From a bacterium (lineage in GTDB: Bacteria > Patescibacteriota > Microgenomatia > Levybacterales > UBA12049), in NCBI GenBank assembly GCA_021824155.1, contig JAKALN010000001.1, positions 15 to 64,014 on the forward strand: a DNA stretch of 64,000 bases. The letters are read 5' to 3'. Shown here one piece after another: positions 20,662-30,259 of this stretch (position 1 is the stretch's first letter; the number at the start of each line of letters is the position of its first letter). A model generated the notes under the pieces. That model was not told the DNA's origin. It did not search any database and saw only the letters and a list, made by a program, of their open reading frames with translations. Made by a program: the position numbers and the translations under genes.

Positions 20662-21006
20662 TTAGCTTTTGTCTCCTCTCTCTTCCAAAACTATCCTTAT
20701 ATTGCTTCCTCTTTTTTTGTAAGGATGCACTCTGCCCCTTGTTGAAGGATGAAATCTTTTAAAGGAAATTCCTTCGTTAACATCGATGCTTTTTATGAAC
20801 AAATTTTCCCTTTTTGCATGTGCATTATTTAAAGCATTTGCAATTGCACTGGTAAGGGTTTTCTCCAAAACATAAGAGCCTCTTTTATTTATAACCGTCA
20901 ACGCTCTTAATGCGTCTTCAACCGAAAGCATTCTTATCGAATCTGCTACCAGTCTTACTTTTCTCGGACTTACTCTAACCGATGTGCTTTTAGCTATAAT
21001 TTCCAT
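20662..21006 (-). CDS. rplV: 50S ribosomal protein L22
   Basis: L22 family sequence. Confidence 0.85.
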   Translation of the reverse strand: MEIIAKSTSVRVSPRKVRLVADSIRMLSVEDALRALTVINKRGSYVLEKTLTSAIANALNNAHAKRENLFIKSIDVNEGISFKRFHPSTRGRVHPYKKRGSNIRIVLEERGDKS

Positions 21007-21075
21007 AATATTTGTAAATAGTTAATCGTTTATTGTTCATGGCCTACTATTAACCATGAACCATAAGCCATACGC

Positions 21076-21360
21076 TTAAGTCTTACTAATCTCCCTTGCT
21101 ACAACCCTTCCGTGTGTCCTGAATGTCCTGGTAGGAGAAAACTCTCCAAGCCTATGACCGACCATTCCTTCCAATACGAAAATGTTTGTAAATACTCTTC
21201 CGTTATGTACCGCAAACGCATGGCCTACAAATTCCGGAGGAATCTGGCAAGCTCTTGACCATGTTTTAATAGGAGACTTATCTCCACTGTTTTTTTGCTG
21301 CATTACTTTCCTGAGAATCCTTTGATCTACGTATGGTCCTTTTTTAGAACTTCTTGCCAT
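21076..21360 (-). CDS. rpsS: 30S ribosomal protein S19
   Basis: [12 protein letters not shown] start. Confidence 0.9.
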   Translation of the reverse strand: MARSSKKGPYVDQRILRKVMQQKNSGDKSPIKTWSRACQIPPEFVGHAFAVHNGRVFTNIFVLEGMVGHRLGEFSPTRTFRTHGRVVAREISKT

Positions 21361-21362
21361 AA

Positions 21363-22115
21363 TTAGTTATGCTTTCCGCTTTTCCTCCTTTGTAATATAT
21401 ATTTATTCGAATATTTCTTTTTGTTTCTTGTTTTACCTACAGCCGGTCTTCCCGCATAGGTTTTGGGTAAAGACATCCCTATTCCGCTTCTTCCTTCTCC
21501 TCCTCCATGAGGATGGCTTCTCGGATTTTGCGCAACTCCTCTTACGGTTGGTCTAATCCCAAGATGTCTTTTTGCGCCTGCTTTTCTAAAATTTCTGTTT
21601 TTTAAATCAGCATTTCCCAAAACGCCTATTGTCGCAAGGCCTGCTGCCCTTATTTTCCTGACTTCTCCCGAAGGCATTTTCAAATGGACAAAATCGCCTT
21701 CTTTTGCCTGGATTATTGCGCTTGTTCCGCTTCCCCTTGCAATTTGCCCGCCTTTTCCGGGAGTAAGCTCAATATTATGAACAAATGTACCGATAGGCAA
21801 AAGCGAAAGAGGCAAAGCGTTTCCTGTTTTTGCATCTGAATCTTTTCCCGAAGAAACAGTATCGTTTAACTTTAGACCTTCCGGAGCCAAGATATATCTT
21901 TTCTCTCCATCCGCATAATGAATAAGTGCTATATCAACGCTTCTGTTTGGGTCGTATTCCAGGGAAACTACTTTTCCTTCGACTCCCATTTTATCACGTT
22001 TGAAGTCAATAACTCTTAGGAATCTTTTATGCTGTCCTCCTTGGTGCCTTACGCTTACCTGTCCGCTTTGGTCTCTTCCCGAATTTTTCTTTTTTATAAA
22101 TTTGAGTTTTTTCAT
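21363..22115 (-). CDS. rplB: 50S ribosomal protein L2 (N-terminally short, 250 aa)
   Basis: Conserved blocks [17 protein letters not shown] and [10 protein letters not shown]. Confidence 0.9.
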   Translation of the reverse strand: MKKLKFIKKKNSGRDQSGQVSVRHQGGQHKRFLRVIDFKRDKMGVEGKVVSLEYDPNRSVDIALIHYADGEKRYILAPEGLKLNDTVSSGKDSDAKTGNALPLSLLPIGTFVHNIELTPGKGGQIARGSGTSAIIQAKEGDFVHLKMPSGEVRKIRAAGLATIGVLGNADLKNRNFRKAGAKRHLGIRPTVRGVAQNPRSHPHGGGEGRSGIGMSLPKTYAGRPAVGKTRNKKKYSNKYILQRRKSGKHN

Positions 22116-22119
22116 ATTT

Positions 22120-22404
22120 TTATGCCCCTATATCAAATAAAGCAATTTTTTGGCCCGTTTTTAAGGTTACTATCGCTTTTTTTAAAGCTGATTTTTTTAC
22201 CTCCACCCTTCTTGTCCCTGTTCTTTGGGTTCTGCCTTTAGTAGTCACAGTCGAAACACCGATTACGTTTACCTTAAATTTTCTTTCTATTTCTTTTTTA
22301 ATAGAATTTTTATCGGCATTTTTTAATACTTTAAAAGTAAATTTGCTTTTTGCCGCATCTGCCATTGATTTTTCCGAAATTAAGGGAGCAATTATATAAT
22401 CCAT
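22120..22404 (-). CDS. rplW: 50S ribosomal protein L23
   Basis: L23 family sequence; canonical position. Confidence 0.8.
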   Translation of the reverse strand: MDYIIAPLISEKSMADAAKSKFTFKVLKNADKNSIKKEIERKFKVNVIGVSTVTTKGRTQRTGTRRVEVKKSALKKAIVTLKTGQKIALFDIGA

Positions 22405-22405
22405 A

Positions 22406-23176
22406 TTATTTTACTTTTTCTTTTAAGAAGCTTTTTTCAATAGCTTCTATTGCTCCTTTCATTAAAATTATTCCTTTATTATCTAAAACCTGATATGTAT
22501 TTAATAAATTTGCGTCCAGAATATTTAATCCCTTAATATTTCTTCCCGCCTTTTTAACATTTTCCGCTTTGGGATCCGACGTTACCAGAAGAAGTTTTTT
22601 CTTTTTTCCTTCCAATGAAAGGTTTTTTAAAACATCCGACATTAATTTTGTTTTAGGCTCGATTTTTTCAAGACCGGTTAAAATTTTAATCTCTCCGCTT
22701 TGTACTTTTGCGGTTAAGGCGCTAAAAAGTGCAGCTCTTTTCATTTTTTGGGGAAGGCTTAAAGAGAAATCTCTGGGCCTTGGTCCAAACGCTACTCCTC
22801 CTCCTACATAAATAGGAGCAGACATTGCGCCGTGCCTTGCTCTTCCCGTACCTTTTTGCCTGTATACTTTTTTTGTTGTTTTATTTACCTCTCCCCTTGA
22901 TTTTGTTTTTACTGTTCCTTTCCTTCTATTTGAAAGAAAAACTCTTACTGCCTGCGCCATTAAATGGTTATTTACTTTAGCACCGAAAATTTCTTTGGGA
23001 AGAGTAAGGCTTTCAACTACTTTTCCTTTTGTATCGTAAACGCTCTGTTTAAGTCCGGTTTCTTTCGGTAATTCTCTAACTTCTCCTTTTACTTTTTTAG
23101 GAGCTGCCTTTTTTACAGCAGTTTTTGCTGTTTTTGCCGCAGGTTTTGCCGTTTTTGCTGAACTTTTACTTGGCAT
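22406..23176 (-). CDS. rplD: 50S ribosomal protein L4 with Lys/Ala-rich N-terminal extension
   Basis: L4 core (QKGTGRARHG). Confidence 0.85.
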   Translation of the reverse strand: MPSKSSAKTAKPAAKTAKTAVKKAAPKKVKGEVRELPKETGLKQSVYDTKGKVVESLTLPKEIFGAKVNNHLMAQAVRVFLSNRRKGTVKTKSRGEVNKTTKKVYRQKGTGRARHGAMSAPIYVGGGVAFGPRPRDFSLSLPQKMKRAALFSALTAKVQSGEIKILTGLEKIEPKTKLMSDVLKNLSLEGKKKKLLLVTSDPKAENVKKAGRNIKGLNILDANLLNTYQVLDNKGIILMKGAIEAIEKSFLKEKVK

Positions 23177-24122
23177 CTTCGTTTACCTCCTCTTTTTCTT
23201 TATTCTCTTCTCGTACAGGTTCTTCGCTTGAAACGGTAGGAGTCTGTCCGTTATCGGATGAACTGACAGCCGACTCTGTATTTTCCGCTATTTCTTCCGA
23301 TACTGTTTGTTGGCTGTCACTTAGCGAAGCAGGCTCTTCGGCTTGGGCTTTTTCTTCATTGCTCTGAGCGTCATCCGAAACGGATGGACGACTACCGTCT
23401 TCTTCTAAAACAGGTTCTGCTGCCTGAACTTCTTTCTGTGGCTCTGCTTGCTTCTCTTCTTCTACTTCTTTATACAAAGGGACAAATTTTTTGTTTTCTC
23501 CGACCTTTTTTATCATAACCAGTCCGTTTATGTGTCCGGGAATTAATCCTTTAATCAAAATTACTCCGTCATTTGTAACCTCTATCACTTCCAAATTTCT
23601 TACAGTAGAGGTCACGTGTCCCATTTTTCCGCCCATTTTCTTTCCTTTATAAACTCTTCCGGGGGTTGTTGTTTGTCCGATTGAACCCGGAGCTCTTTCC
23701 CTGTCGGATTGTCCGTGGGTTCTTGGTCCTCCTCTAAAATGCCATTTTTTAACAACTCCTGCCCATCCTTTTCCTTTGGAAACGCCGGAAACATCAACAA
23801 TATCTCCGGGTTTAAATACTTCGCTTACTTCTATTTTTGTTCCCGGAGTAAAATCCGAAACCTCCTCAACCCTTATTTCCCTAAAAAAGCGAGCTGTTTT
23901 TTCTAAGCCCGCTTTTTTTCCGTGTCCTTCAAGTGCTTTCGTTGTTTTTTTCTTGCTTCCAAATGCAATCTGAACGGAATTGTAGCCTTCCTTGTCTTGT
24001 GATTTTACCTGAGATATAAAGTTATCCGATGCAGCCACGGCAGATACAGGAATTCTTGTTCCGTCTTCTAAGAACCCCTGTGACTGATAACTTTTTTTAC
24101 CGATAAGTCCTTGTAAATTCAT
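23166..24122 (-). CDS. rplC: 50S ribosomal protein L3 with ~115-aa acidic Ser/Glu-rich C-terminal extension
   Basis: L3 core MNLQGLIGKK...GKGWAGVVKKWHF, then a low-complexity acidic tail. Start placed at the homology-supported Met (24122); the ORF track begins 15 codons earlier. Confidence 0.85.
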   Translation of the reverse strand: MNLQGLIGKKSYQSQGFLEDGTRIPVSAVAASDNFISQVKSQDKEGYNSVQIAFGSKKKTTKALEGHGKKAGLEKTARFFREIRVEEVSDFTPGTKIEVSEVFKPGDIVDVSGVSKGKGWAGVVKKWHFRGGPRTHGQSDRERAPGSIGQTTTPGRVYKGKKMGGKMGHVTSTVRNLEVIEVTNDGVILIKGLIPGHINGLVMIKKVGENKKFVPLYKEVEEEKQAEPQKEVQAAEPVLEEDGSRPSVSDDAQSNEEKAQAEEPASLSDSQQTVSEEIAENTESAVSSSDNGQTPTVSSEEPVREENKEKEEVNEDAK

Positions 24123-24295
24123 ATTCTCAAAAAAACACAAAAAAGCGACCACAACCAGCCGCTTCATTAGGCGAAAAAGTAAATTAAATGCGCCCGGTTA
24201 TGTAGCTACAATCACCCCTTGTGTGTTGAACATTTAAGTTAAGCCTAATTATATAATGCAACGAGCCTAAATGCAAGTACAATTAGAGGGGATTC

Positions 24296-24907
24296 TTAAA
24301 GAGCGCGCTTAATTTTTTTAATTTTTGAAATAAGAGCTTCACGTCCGACAGGTAGCCTGTCTATTCCACGGAAACAACTTTCGGCTGTTCTCTGATAATT
24401 TCTTCTTAAGAAAAGCACCAAATCCCGGGGCTCAAGTTTAGACTCATATACCGCTTCTCCTGCTGTTAAATTTATTTCATCAAGCGCTTTATCCCGTAAT
24501 TTATCGGGAAATTCTCCGTTAGGCAATAAATAGCTAAAATATTCTCTTACTTTCCGTGTTCTGGTTCCCCCTTCTATAAAATGGTTTACAAAACCCTTTA
24601 AAACCTCAACCGCCGTAAGAGGTTCACCGCCAGAAATATTAATAAAACCATATTCACGGCTCCACTCAAGCGGCCTTAAATTCTTGGAAGAATCGGAAGA
24701 AACAGAAAAAGATTCAATTGCCAAAAATTGGGGATTAGACGCCATTTGTCTTAATTTTTCATCTACTCTTAAAATTATTGCCAAATCACCTCTTTGGCCA
24801 ATATCTAAATCCTTTAAAACACCCATTAAGGATTCGTTTTTCGGTTGTAATTTTTCTTTGCCTGCACTCATAATGGGGAGTATAGCTCCAAAAGTACAAA
24901 TTTTCAA
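24296..24907 (-). CDS. Hypothetical protein (203 aa) inserted between rpsJ and rplC
   Basis: Long ORF in the operon orientation. Contains INISGGEPL but no Cys cluster. No family recognised. Confidence 0.5.
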   Translation of the reverse strand: MKICTFGAILPIMSAGKEKLQPKNESLMGVLKDLDIGQRGDLAIILRVDEKLRQMASNPQFLAIESFSVSSDSSKNLRPLEWSREYGFINISGGEPLTAVEVLKGFVNHFIEGGTRTRKVREYFSYLLPNGEFPDKLRDKALDEINLTAGEAVYESKLEPRDLVLFLRRNYQRTAESCFRGIDRLPVGREALISKIKKIKRAL

Positions 24908-24910
24908 CTA

Positions 24911-25065
24911 TGGGACGGACGAAACGAAGTGAAGGAGTCCGCTTGCGAGCGTAGCGAGACAAGGGAGGATCGGACGAAACGAAGTGAAGGAGTCCGCTTG
25001 CGAGCGTAGCGAGACAAGGGAGGATCGGACGAAACGAAGTGAAGGAGTCCGCTTGCCTGACAAGC
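24911..25065. repeat. GC-rich 55-bp tandem direct repeat, 2 full copies plus a partial third (unit GGACGAAACGAAGTGAAGGAGTCCGCTTGCGAGCGTAGCGAGACAAGGGAGGATC)
   Basis: Identical units start at 24916, 24971 and 25026. The third copy diverges after 30 nt. Confidence 0.9.
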
Positions 25066-25072
25066 GAGGTCT

Positions 25073-25381
25073 TTACATACGGATCTCAATATTTACTCCA
25101 GCTGGCAACTCTAGGTGTGTCAGTGAATCTATTGTTTTTTCTGTTGGGGAAACTATATCTATCAGTCTTTTATGGACTTTTATTTCAAAATGGTCTCTGG
25201 CGTTTTTATCTATAAATGGGGATTTGTTTACTGCGAATACGCTTCTTTTTGTAGGAAGAGGTATCGGACCTACGACTTTAGCTCCGGTCCTTATGGCCGT
25301 ATCTAAAATTTGCTGACACGTAGAGTCAATTACTCTTGCGTCATAGCTTTTTAATCGTACTCTTATTCTTCCTTTTGGCAT
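25073..25381 (-). CDS. rpsJ: 30S ribosomal protein S10
   Basis: MPKGRIRVRLKSYD start; 102 aa. Confidence 0.9.
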   Translation of the reverse strand: MPKGRIRVRLKSYDARVIDSTCQQILDTAIRTGAKVVGPIPLPTKRSVFAVNKSPFIDKNARDHFEIKVHKRLIDIVSPTEKTIDSLTHLELPAGVNIEIRM

Positions 25382-25470
25382 ATTTTAAAGTCCTGTCCGC
25401 CTTAAGCGCTCTTTAAAGCGTGAACGAATAGTTCTGGAAAGCTTTAAAGTAAGCTTTGGCTGATCCTTTA

Positions 25471-25495
25471 CAAAAAAAATGACCTTGCGGTCATT
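25471..25495 (-). terminator. Rho-independent terminator/attenuator downstream of tuf
   Basis: Hairpin AATGACC-TTGC-GGTCATT followed by an 8-T run on the minus strand. Confidence 0.5.
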
Positions 25496-25517
25496 GATTC
25501 TAACACTTATCAAAAGA

Positions 25518-26699
25518 TTAAGCAATAATCTTTGAGATTACTCCTGCTCCGACTGTCTTTCCGCCTTCTCTAACAGCAAATCTAAGTCCTTCTTCCATTG
25601 CAACAGGTACAATAAGCTTAACATTCATTTTTGCATTGTCTCCGGGCATGACCATTTCTACTCCGGATGGAAGTGTTGCTTCTCCTGTTACGTCTGTTGT
25701 CCTTATGTAAAACTGCGGCCTGTAACCCGTAAAGAATGGTGTATGCCTTCCGCCTTCTTCTTTTGCAAGAATATAAACTTCGGCTTCAAATTGAGTATGA
25801 GGTGTTATCGATCCGGGCTTTGCAACAACCTGTCCTCTTTCTACGTCTGCTTTTTCTACACCTCTAAGAAGTAATCCTACATTATCTCCTGCAATACCTT
25901 CGTCAAGCTGTTTTCTAAACATTTCAACTCCGGTTACAACCGATTGTCTTGTAGGTTTGATTCCTACTATTTCAACTGCTTCGTTTACCTTAACCTTACC
26001 TCTTTCAATTCTTCCTGTTACGACTGTTCCTCTTCCTTTAATTGAGAAAACGTCTTCAACAGGCATAAGGAACGGTTTTTCCGTATCTCTTACGGGTGTT
26101 GGGATATAATTATCAACCGCATCCATTAAAGCCAATATCTGTTTTTCCGCTTCTGCGTCGCCTTCCAAAGCTTTAAGAGCAGAGCCTCTTATAATTGGCA
26201 CATCATTTCCCGGATATTGGTATTTTGTAAGAAGTTCTCTTACTTCCATTTCTACCAAGTCCAAAAGTTCCGCATCCTGAACCATGTCGCATTTGTTAAG
26301 AAAAACAACGATTGATGGAACCTGTACTTGGTGGGCGAGTAAAATGTGTTCTCTTGTCTGTGGCATGGGGCCGTCGGGGGCTGAGACTACGAGGATTGCA
26401 CCGTCCATTTGGGCGGCTCCCGTAATCATATTCTTAATGTAATCTGCGTGTCCCGGAGCATCTATGTGGGCATAGTGTCTTTTGTCTGTTTCGTATTCTA
26501 CGTGGGTAATGTTAATGGTGACGCCTCTTGCTTTTTCTTCGGGGGCATTGTCAATATCTTCGTATTTCATTGCTTTTGCCTGTCCCTTTTTAGATAAAAC
26601 AGTAGCAATAGCCGCCGTTAAGGTGGTCTTACCGTGGTCAACATGACCGATTGTTCCTATATTTACATGTGGTTTTGTTCTTTCAAATTTATCTGCCAT
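25518..26699 (-). CDS. tuf: Elongation factor Tu
   Basis: [15 protein letters not shown]-equivalent blocks and the full EF-Tu length (393 aa). Confidence 0.95.
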   Translation of the reverse strand: MADKFERTKPHVNIGTIGHVDHGKTTLTAAIATVLSKKGQAKAMKYEDIDNAPEEKARGVTINITHVEYETDKRHYAHIDAPGHADYIKNMITGAAQMDGAILVVSAPDGPMPQTREHILLAHQVQVPSIVVFLNKCDMVQDAELLDLVEMEVRELLTKYQYPGNDVPIIRGSALKALEGDAEAEKQILALMDAVDNYIPTPVRDTEKPFLMPVEDVFSIKGRGTVVTGRIERGKVKVNEAVEIVGIKPTRQSVVTGVEMFRKQLDEGIAGDNVGLLLRGVEKADVERGQVVAKPGSITPHTQFEAEVYILAKEEGGRHTPFFTGYRPQFYIRTTDVTGEATLPSGVEMVMPGDNAKMNVKLIVPVAMEEGLRFAVREGGKTVGAGVISKIIA

Positions 26700-26791
26700 A
26701 TTAAGTCAAAAAAAATAACCCGTTCAAGGTTAAACTTAATATACAATATTTTTTTACCTCCGTCAATAGGTAAAATTAACTAAACTTCGGG

Positions 26792-27373
26792 TTAAAGTTT
26801 TTCCTCTTCGGGGATTTCGCCCGCAGGGGCGCTATAAAAAGAATGTTCCAGCCTACTGTTAGCATCTGCTCTTTCTATCAAGTCATAAACGTGAATTGCT
26901 CCGGAAATTACACTTCTTCTTCCGGTTCTATAACGGGATACAACGTCTAAAAACCTAAAAACAGGAGAGCCTTCGGCTCTTATCAATTCAAATTTTCCGT
27001 CAATTATTTCCTGATATTTTTTCCCTTCATCAACCGCATCAAGATAATCATGATTGTATGCCGAAATTAATTCTTCGGAAACAGGAGGAAGACTTTGTCC
27101 ATAAACCTCTGCCCGGGTCCTTAACAATCTGTACATAAGAAGTGCCCCCTCCGTAAAATCATGCTCATAACGGGAATGCATTCTGGACCTTTTTTCTATA
27201 AACGAAATAAGAGGCCTGTTTCCGTCCAAAAACATTTTTTCTCTTTCGTCACGAAAAAATTTTTCCGGGGCTCTGTCAATTTCTACCTGAACCTGTTCCA
27301 AAGTTTTTTGGACAGTTTTACTGTCTATGGGAAAGATTTCTGCTGTTGACCCCTGATTTTCCTGCTCCGGCAT
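26792..27373 (-). CDS. Hypothetical protein (193 aa)
   Basis: Long ORF; no family recognised. Confidence 0.45.
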   Translation of the reverse strand: MPEQENQGSTAEIFPIDSKTVQKTLEQVQVEIDRAPEKFFRDEREKMFLDGNRPLISFIEKRSRMHSRYEHDFTEGALLMYRLLRTRAEVYGQSLPPVSEELISAYNHDYLDAVDEGKKYQEIIDGKFELIRAEGSPVFRFLDVVSRYRTGRRSVISGAIHVYDLIERADANSRLEHSFYSAPAGEIPEEEKL

Positions 27374-27396
27374 AATGAAAAGATTATAACACTTAT

Positions 27397-28011
27397 TTAA
27401 AATACCAATTTTATTCCTTTTGTTTCTTTCAGAAAAAAATTCATACCGTCCGACTCGATTTTTGCATAAGCCAGATTGTCAATTTTTAGATAACCTTTGT
27501 AAGGATAAAATCCCAGCTTAATTAAACTATGTCTAATAACTCCGCCGTGGGAAACTATTAAAATTTTTTTCCCCGGGTTTTCGACAATAATTCCTTTTAA
27601 ATAGATTAAAAATCTCGACGCTATTTCTCCGTCACTTTCCATTCCAGGATGATGCCTATATGAATATTTTTCTTTTTCCTCAAGTTTATCCATAATTCTG
27701 TCTATTTCTTCTAAAATATCATGCTGATGCCCTTCATACGGACCATAATTTCTTTCGCGTAAAGCCATTGATGTTTCAACTTCAAGTTTATGTTCCAAAG
27801 AAATGATTTCCGCTGTCTGTTTTGCGCGAAGTAAATCTGAAGAATAGACTTTATCGAATTTTATTTGCCTTAGTTCTTTTGCCAATTCCTGCGCCTGATT
27901 TTTTCCTTCCGTATTTAACGGGATATCCGTGTGCCCTTGAATTTTCCCTTCAATATTCCAATCGGTCAGGCCATGCCTTACCAAATAAATCGTGCAGAAA
28001 TTATTTTTCAT
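27397..28011 (-). CDS. Histidine phosphatase family protein (phosphoglycerate mutase-like)
   Basis: N-terminal LVRHGLTDWN (RHG catalytic motif). Confidence 0.7.
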   Translation of the reverse strand: MKNNFCTIYLVRHGLTDWNIEGKIQGHTDIPLNTEGKNQAQELAKELRQIKFDKVYSSDLLRAKQTAEIISLEHKLEVETSMALRERNYGPYEGHQHDILEEIDRIMDKLEEKEKYSYRHHPGMESDGEIASRFLIYLKGIIVENPGKKILIVSHGGVIRHSLIKLGFYPYKGYLKIDNLAYAKIESDGMNFFLKETKGIKLVF

Positions 28012-28541
28012 CTTAATTTTTCTATATCTTCCAAAATTTCTTTTATTTCTTTACTTGTGATTAACGTTCTGCTATTTTCAAAAAATTCCTCAAGATTTAT
28101 TTTATGTGCAACTTCATATTCGTAGGCCTGCATTGCCATTTCAAGTTTATCTATTTCTTTAACCAATTTCGCTTCTTTACTCTCATCTTTCTCAAACTCA
28201 TCAAATAAGCCAACATATTCATCTCCCTCTACCAAAGAAAAAATCATTTTTACGGCTTCACGTTCTTTCTCTGATTTGCTTAAAAAATTACTCAATTTTT
28301 TCTTTCCGTGCATAATAATAATGTCACCGATTTCTCCTTCTCCAATGTCATGTATTAATGACATCTTTACCGATTTATTTACATCTGCTCCAACTTTAGG
28401 TGCTAAAACCATTGCCATCACCGCAGTTCTAAAAGAATGCTCTGCCACACTTTCCGGATTTGGAACATTGTGATTTACCCATCCGGTCCTCTTTATGTTT
28501 TTTAATTTACCAATAACTTTAAAAAAATCAATCAATTTCAT
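28008..28541 (-). CDS. HD-domain phosphohydrolase (YfbR-like 5'-deoxynucleotidase family)
   Basis: AEHSFRTAVMA ... LIHDIGEGEIGD metal-binding His/Asp pattern. Confidence 0.65.
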   Translation of the reverse strand: MKLIDFFKVIGKLKNIKRTGWVNHNVPNPESVAEHSFRTAVMAMVLAPKVGADVNKSVKMSLIHDIGEGEIGDIIIMHGKKKLSNFLSKSEKEREAVKMIFSLVEGDEYVGLFDEFEKDESKEAKLVKEIDKLEMAMQAYEYEVAHKINLEEFFENSRTLITSKEIKEILEDIEKLR

Positions 28542-29083
28542 ACATTTTTATACATTAAAATTGCGTCTTCAAAAGTATTATCCCTTGTTATTCCGTTTGG
28601 CAAAAGTCCGTATTCTTTAAAACCAAAACCCTCGTATATTCTTTTTGCTATCGAATTTTTTGAATAAACTTCAAGAGTCACAATTTTTAACTGCGGCATT
28701 TCTTTTTTTGCTTCGTCAATAACTTTTTCCATTAAAAGTTTCCCTAAGCCTTCGTTTCTGTATTCTTTTGCAACGGAAATCCCGAAAACTCCTACGTGTT
28801 TTTCGGTTTTGTCCATCATATTTATACCCGAAATAGCAATTAATTCCTCTCCCCAAAAAGCCAAAAGAGTAACGGATTTTTTCTCTTCAATTCTTTTAAG
28901 CTGTGCATTCAAATAGTTTTCTTCGTCTTCAAATAGAATCTCTTCCCCCTGAAACCTTACAAAAGTTTTTTCTTTGGAAAGTCCGTTAATATACCTCCAC
29001 ATTTCATTTTGGTCGCCGATTCTAGGATACCTGATAATAATTTCTTTGCCCGTTTTAGTTTTGCCCCGAAAAACATATTTCAT
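28538..29083 (-). CDS. GNAT family N-acetyltransferase
   Basis: Acetyl-CoA binding region RNEGLGKLLMEKVIDEAK. Confidence 0.7.
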   Translation of the reverse strand: MKYVFRGKTKTGKEIIIRYPRIGDQNEMWRYINGLSKEKTFVRFQGEEILFEDEENYLNAQLKRIEEKKSVTLLAFWGEELIAISGINMMDKTEKHVGVFGISVAKEYRNEGLGKLLMEKVIDEAKKEMPQLKIVTLEVYSKNSIAKRIYEGFGFKEYGLLPNGITRDNTFEDAILMYKNV

Positions 29084-29114
29084 ATGTTTGGATTATAACA
29101 AATGAATAAAAACG

Positions 29115-29492
29115 TTAAAGCGTTTTTTTATACGAGAGGAGGAATCCGGTACTAATTGTAATCATAGGATAGACAAGATAATTTAATCCTATCTCTTTAA
29201 TATAATCGGGAAGACTCATTTTTATCGGCCCCCAGATAAAAAAGAAATAATCGAAGAAAAGGCTCATTGCTATAAAAACCAGTCCTAAGAAAATTCCCTC
29301 CCTAAGGTTGCCGTCTATTTTTCTAAAATACAAAGCAGTTGCGGCAACAACGGCAATAGTTGAAAATACAGTCATCAGGGATTGAAAAAACAATGGATCC
29401 GATTTTTTAAGCGGAAAAATTGCGACGGAAGCTATAAATGGAATTATCCAGAGTAAAAATCCGTATAATATCGCGGTTTTTATTGCTTTCAT
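29115..29492 (-). CDS. Small integral membrane protein (4 predicted TM)
   Basis: Hydrophobic segments throughout. Confidence 0.45.
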   Translation of the reverse strand: MKAIKTAILYGFLLWIIPFIASVAIFPLKKSDPLFFQSLMTVFSTIAVVAATALYFRKIDGNLREGIFLGLVFIAMSLFFDYFFFIWGPIKMSLPDYIKEIGLNYLVYPMITISTGFLLSYKKTL

Positions 29493-29513
29493 ATTTTTAT
29501 TATACTAATTAAA

Positions 29514-30197
29514 TCAAATAAAGTCTTCCGCTCTTTCCTTAGGGCTCCAGCCGAAAGGATTTGATACATCATGAACTCTGTCCCGGTTATCCGATACTCC
29601 ATATATTGCCACAAAATTTCCGGGAACTTTTTCCGCTTCCAAAACTTTCCTAACCAAAGAAATACAATCATTATGAGAAAGCCATGCTGCTCTTTCTTCT
29701 TTTGGATATTTTTCTACGGAAGGGGGTATATTTGCAGGATTTATTCCCCCAAAACGTATAGCAACTACTTCCAACCCCCCTTTTGCAAAATACCTGCCCA
29801 AGGTTTCTATAAAAATTTTATCCGCGCCGTATGGGCTGTCGGGAACCGGAGTATGTCCGGTGGAAAGAAATGGAGCTTCTCCGTAAAAAGAATCAGCGTG
29901 AATTGAACTGGCAATAATTACTCTTTTTACTTTTGCTTCCCTTGCCCCTTTATATACATTAAGGGCCATCTGTGCATTACTAGGGTCAATAATCTCATTT
30001 CTTAAATGTTCATTATTTGACCAAGCAAGGTGAACTACGGCGGTATTTCCTTCCAGCGCTTTTAATAATTCCTGATAATTTGTGGCATCTGTTTGAGGTA
30101 AATCGATCCCCTTTATTTCAAAATCTCCGGATAAACCATTCCTAAGAATGGTACCTATTGTGCCATTCGAACCCGTAATCGCAATTCTTTCTTTCAC
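29514..30197 (-). CDS. NAD(P)-dependent oxidoreductase/epimerase family (short SDR-like, 227 aa)
   Basis: ITGSNGTIGT Rossmann motif and YGADK (YxxxK). Confidence 0.6.
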   Translation of the reverse strand: MKERIAITGSNGTIGTILRNGLSGDFEIKGIDLPQTDATNYQELLKALEGNTAVVHLAWSNNEHLRNEIIDPSNAQMALNVYKGAREAKVKRVIIASSIHADSFYGEAPFLSTGHTPVPDSPYGADKIFIETLGRYFAKGGLEVVAIRFGGINPANIPPSVEKYPKEERAAWLSHNDCISLVRKVLEAEKVPGNFVAIYGVSDNRDRVHDVSNPFGWSPKERAEDFI

Positions 30198-30259
30198 GAT
30201 TGGATTATATCACTTTGCCGTCTTGACAAAGTTATCAGTATATTTAAAAATAAAATCAG

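Noticed and set aside
24911-25065. Possible CRISPR array at the 55-bp repeats
   Set aside because: The repeat units are directly adjacent with no unique spacers between them, and the unit is 55 bp. This is a tandem repeat, not a repeat-spacer array
24904-25316. ORFs 24904..25089 (-) and 24984..25316 (+)
   Set aside because: They are translations across the tandem repeat and the antisense strand of rpsJ, with no support as genes
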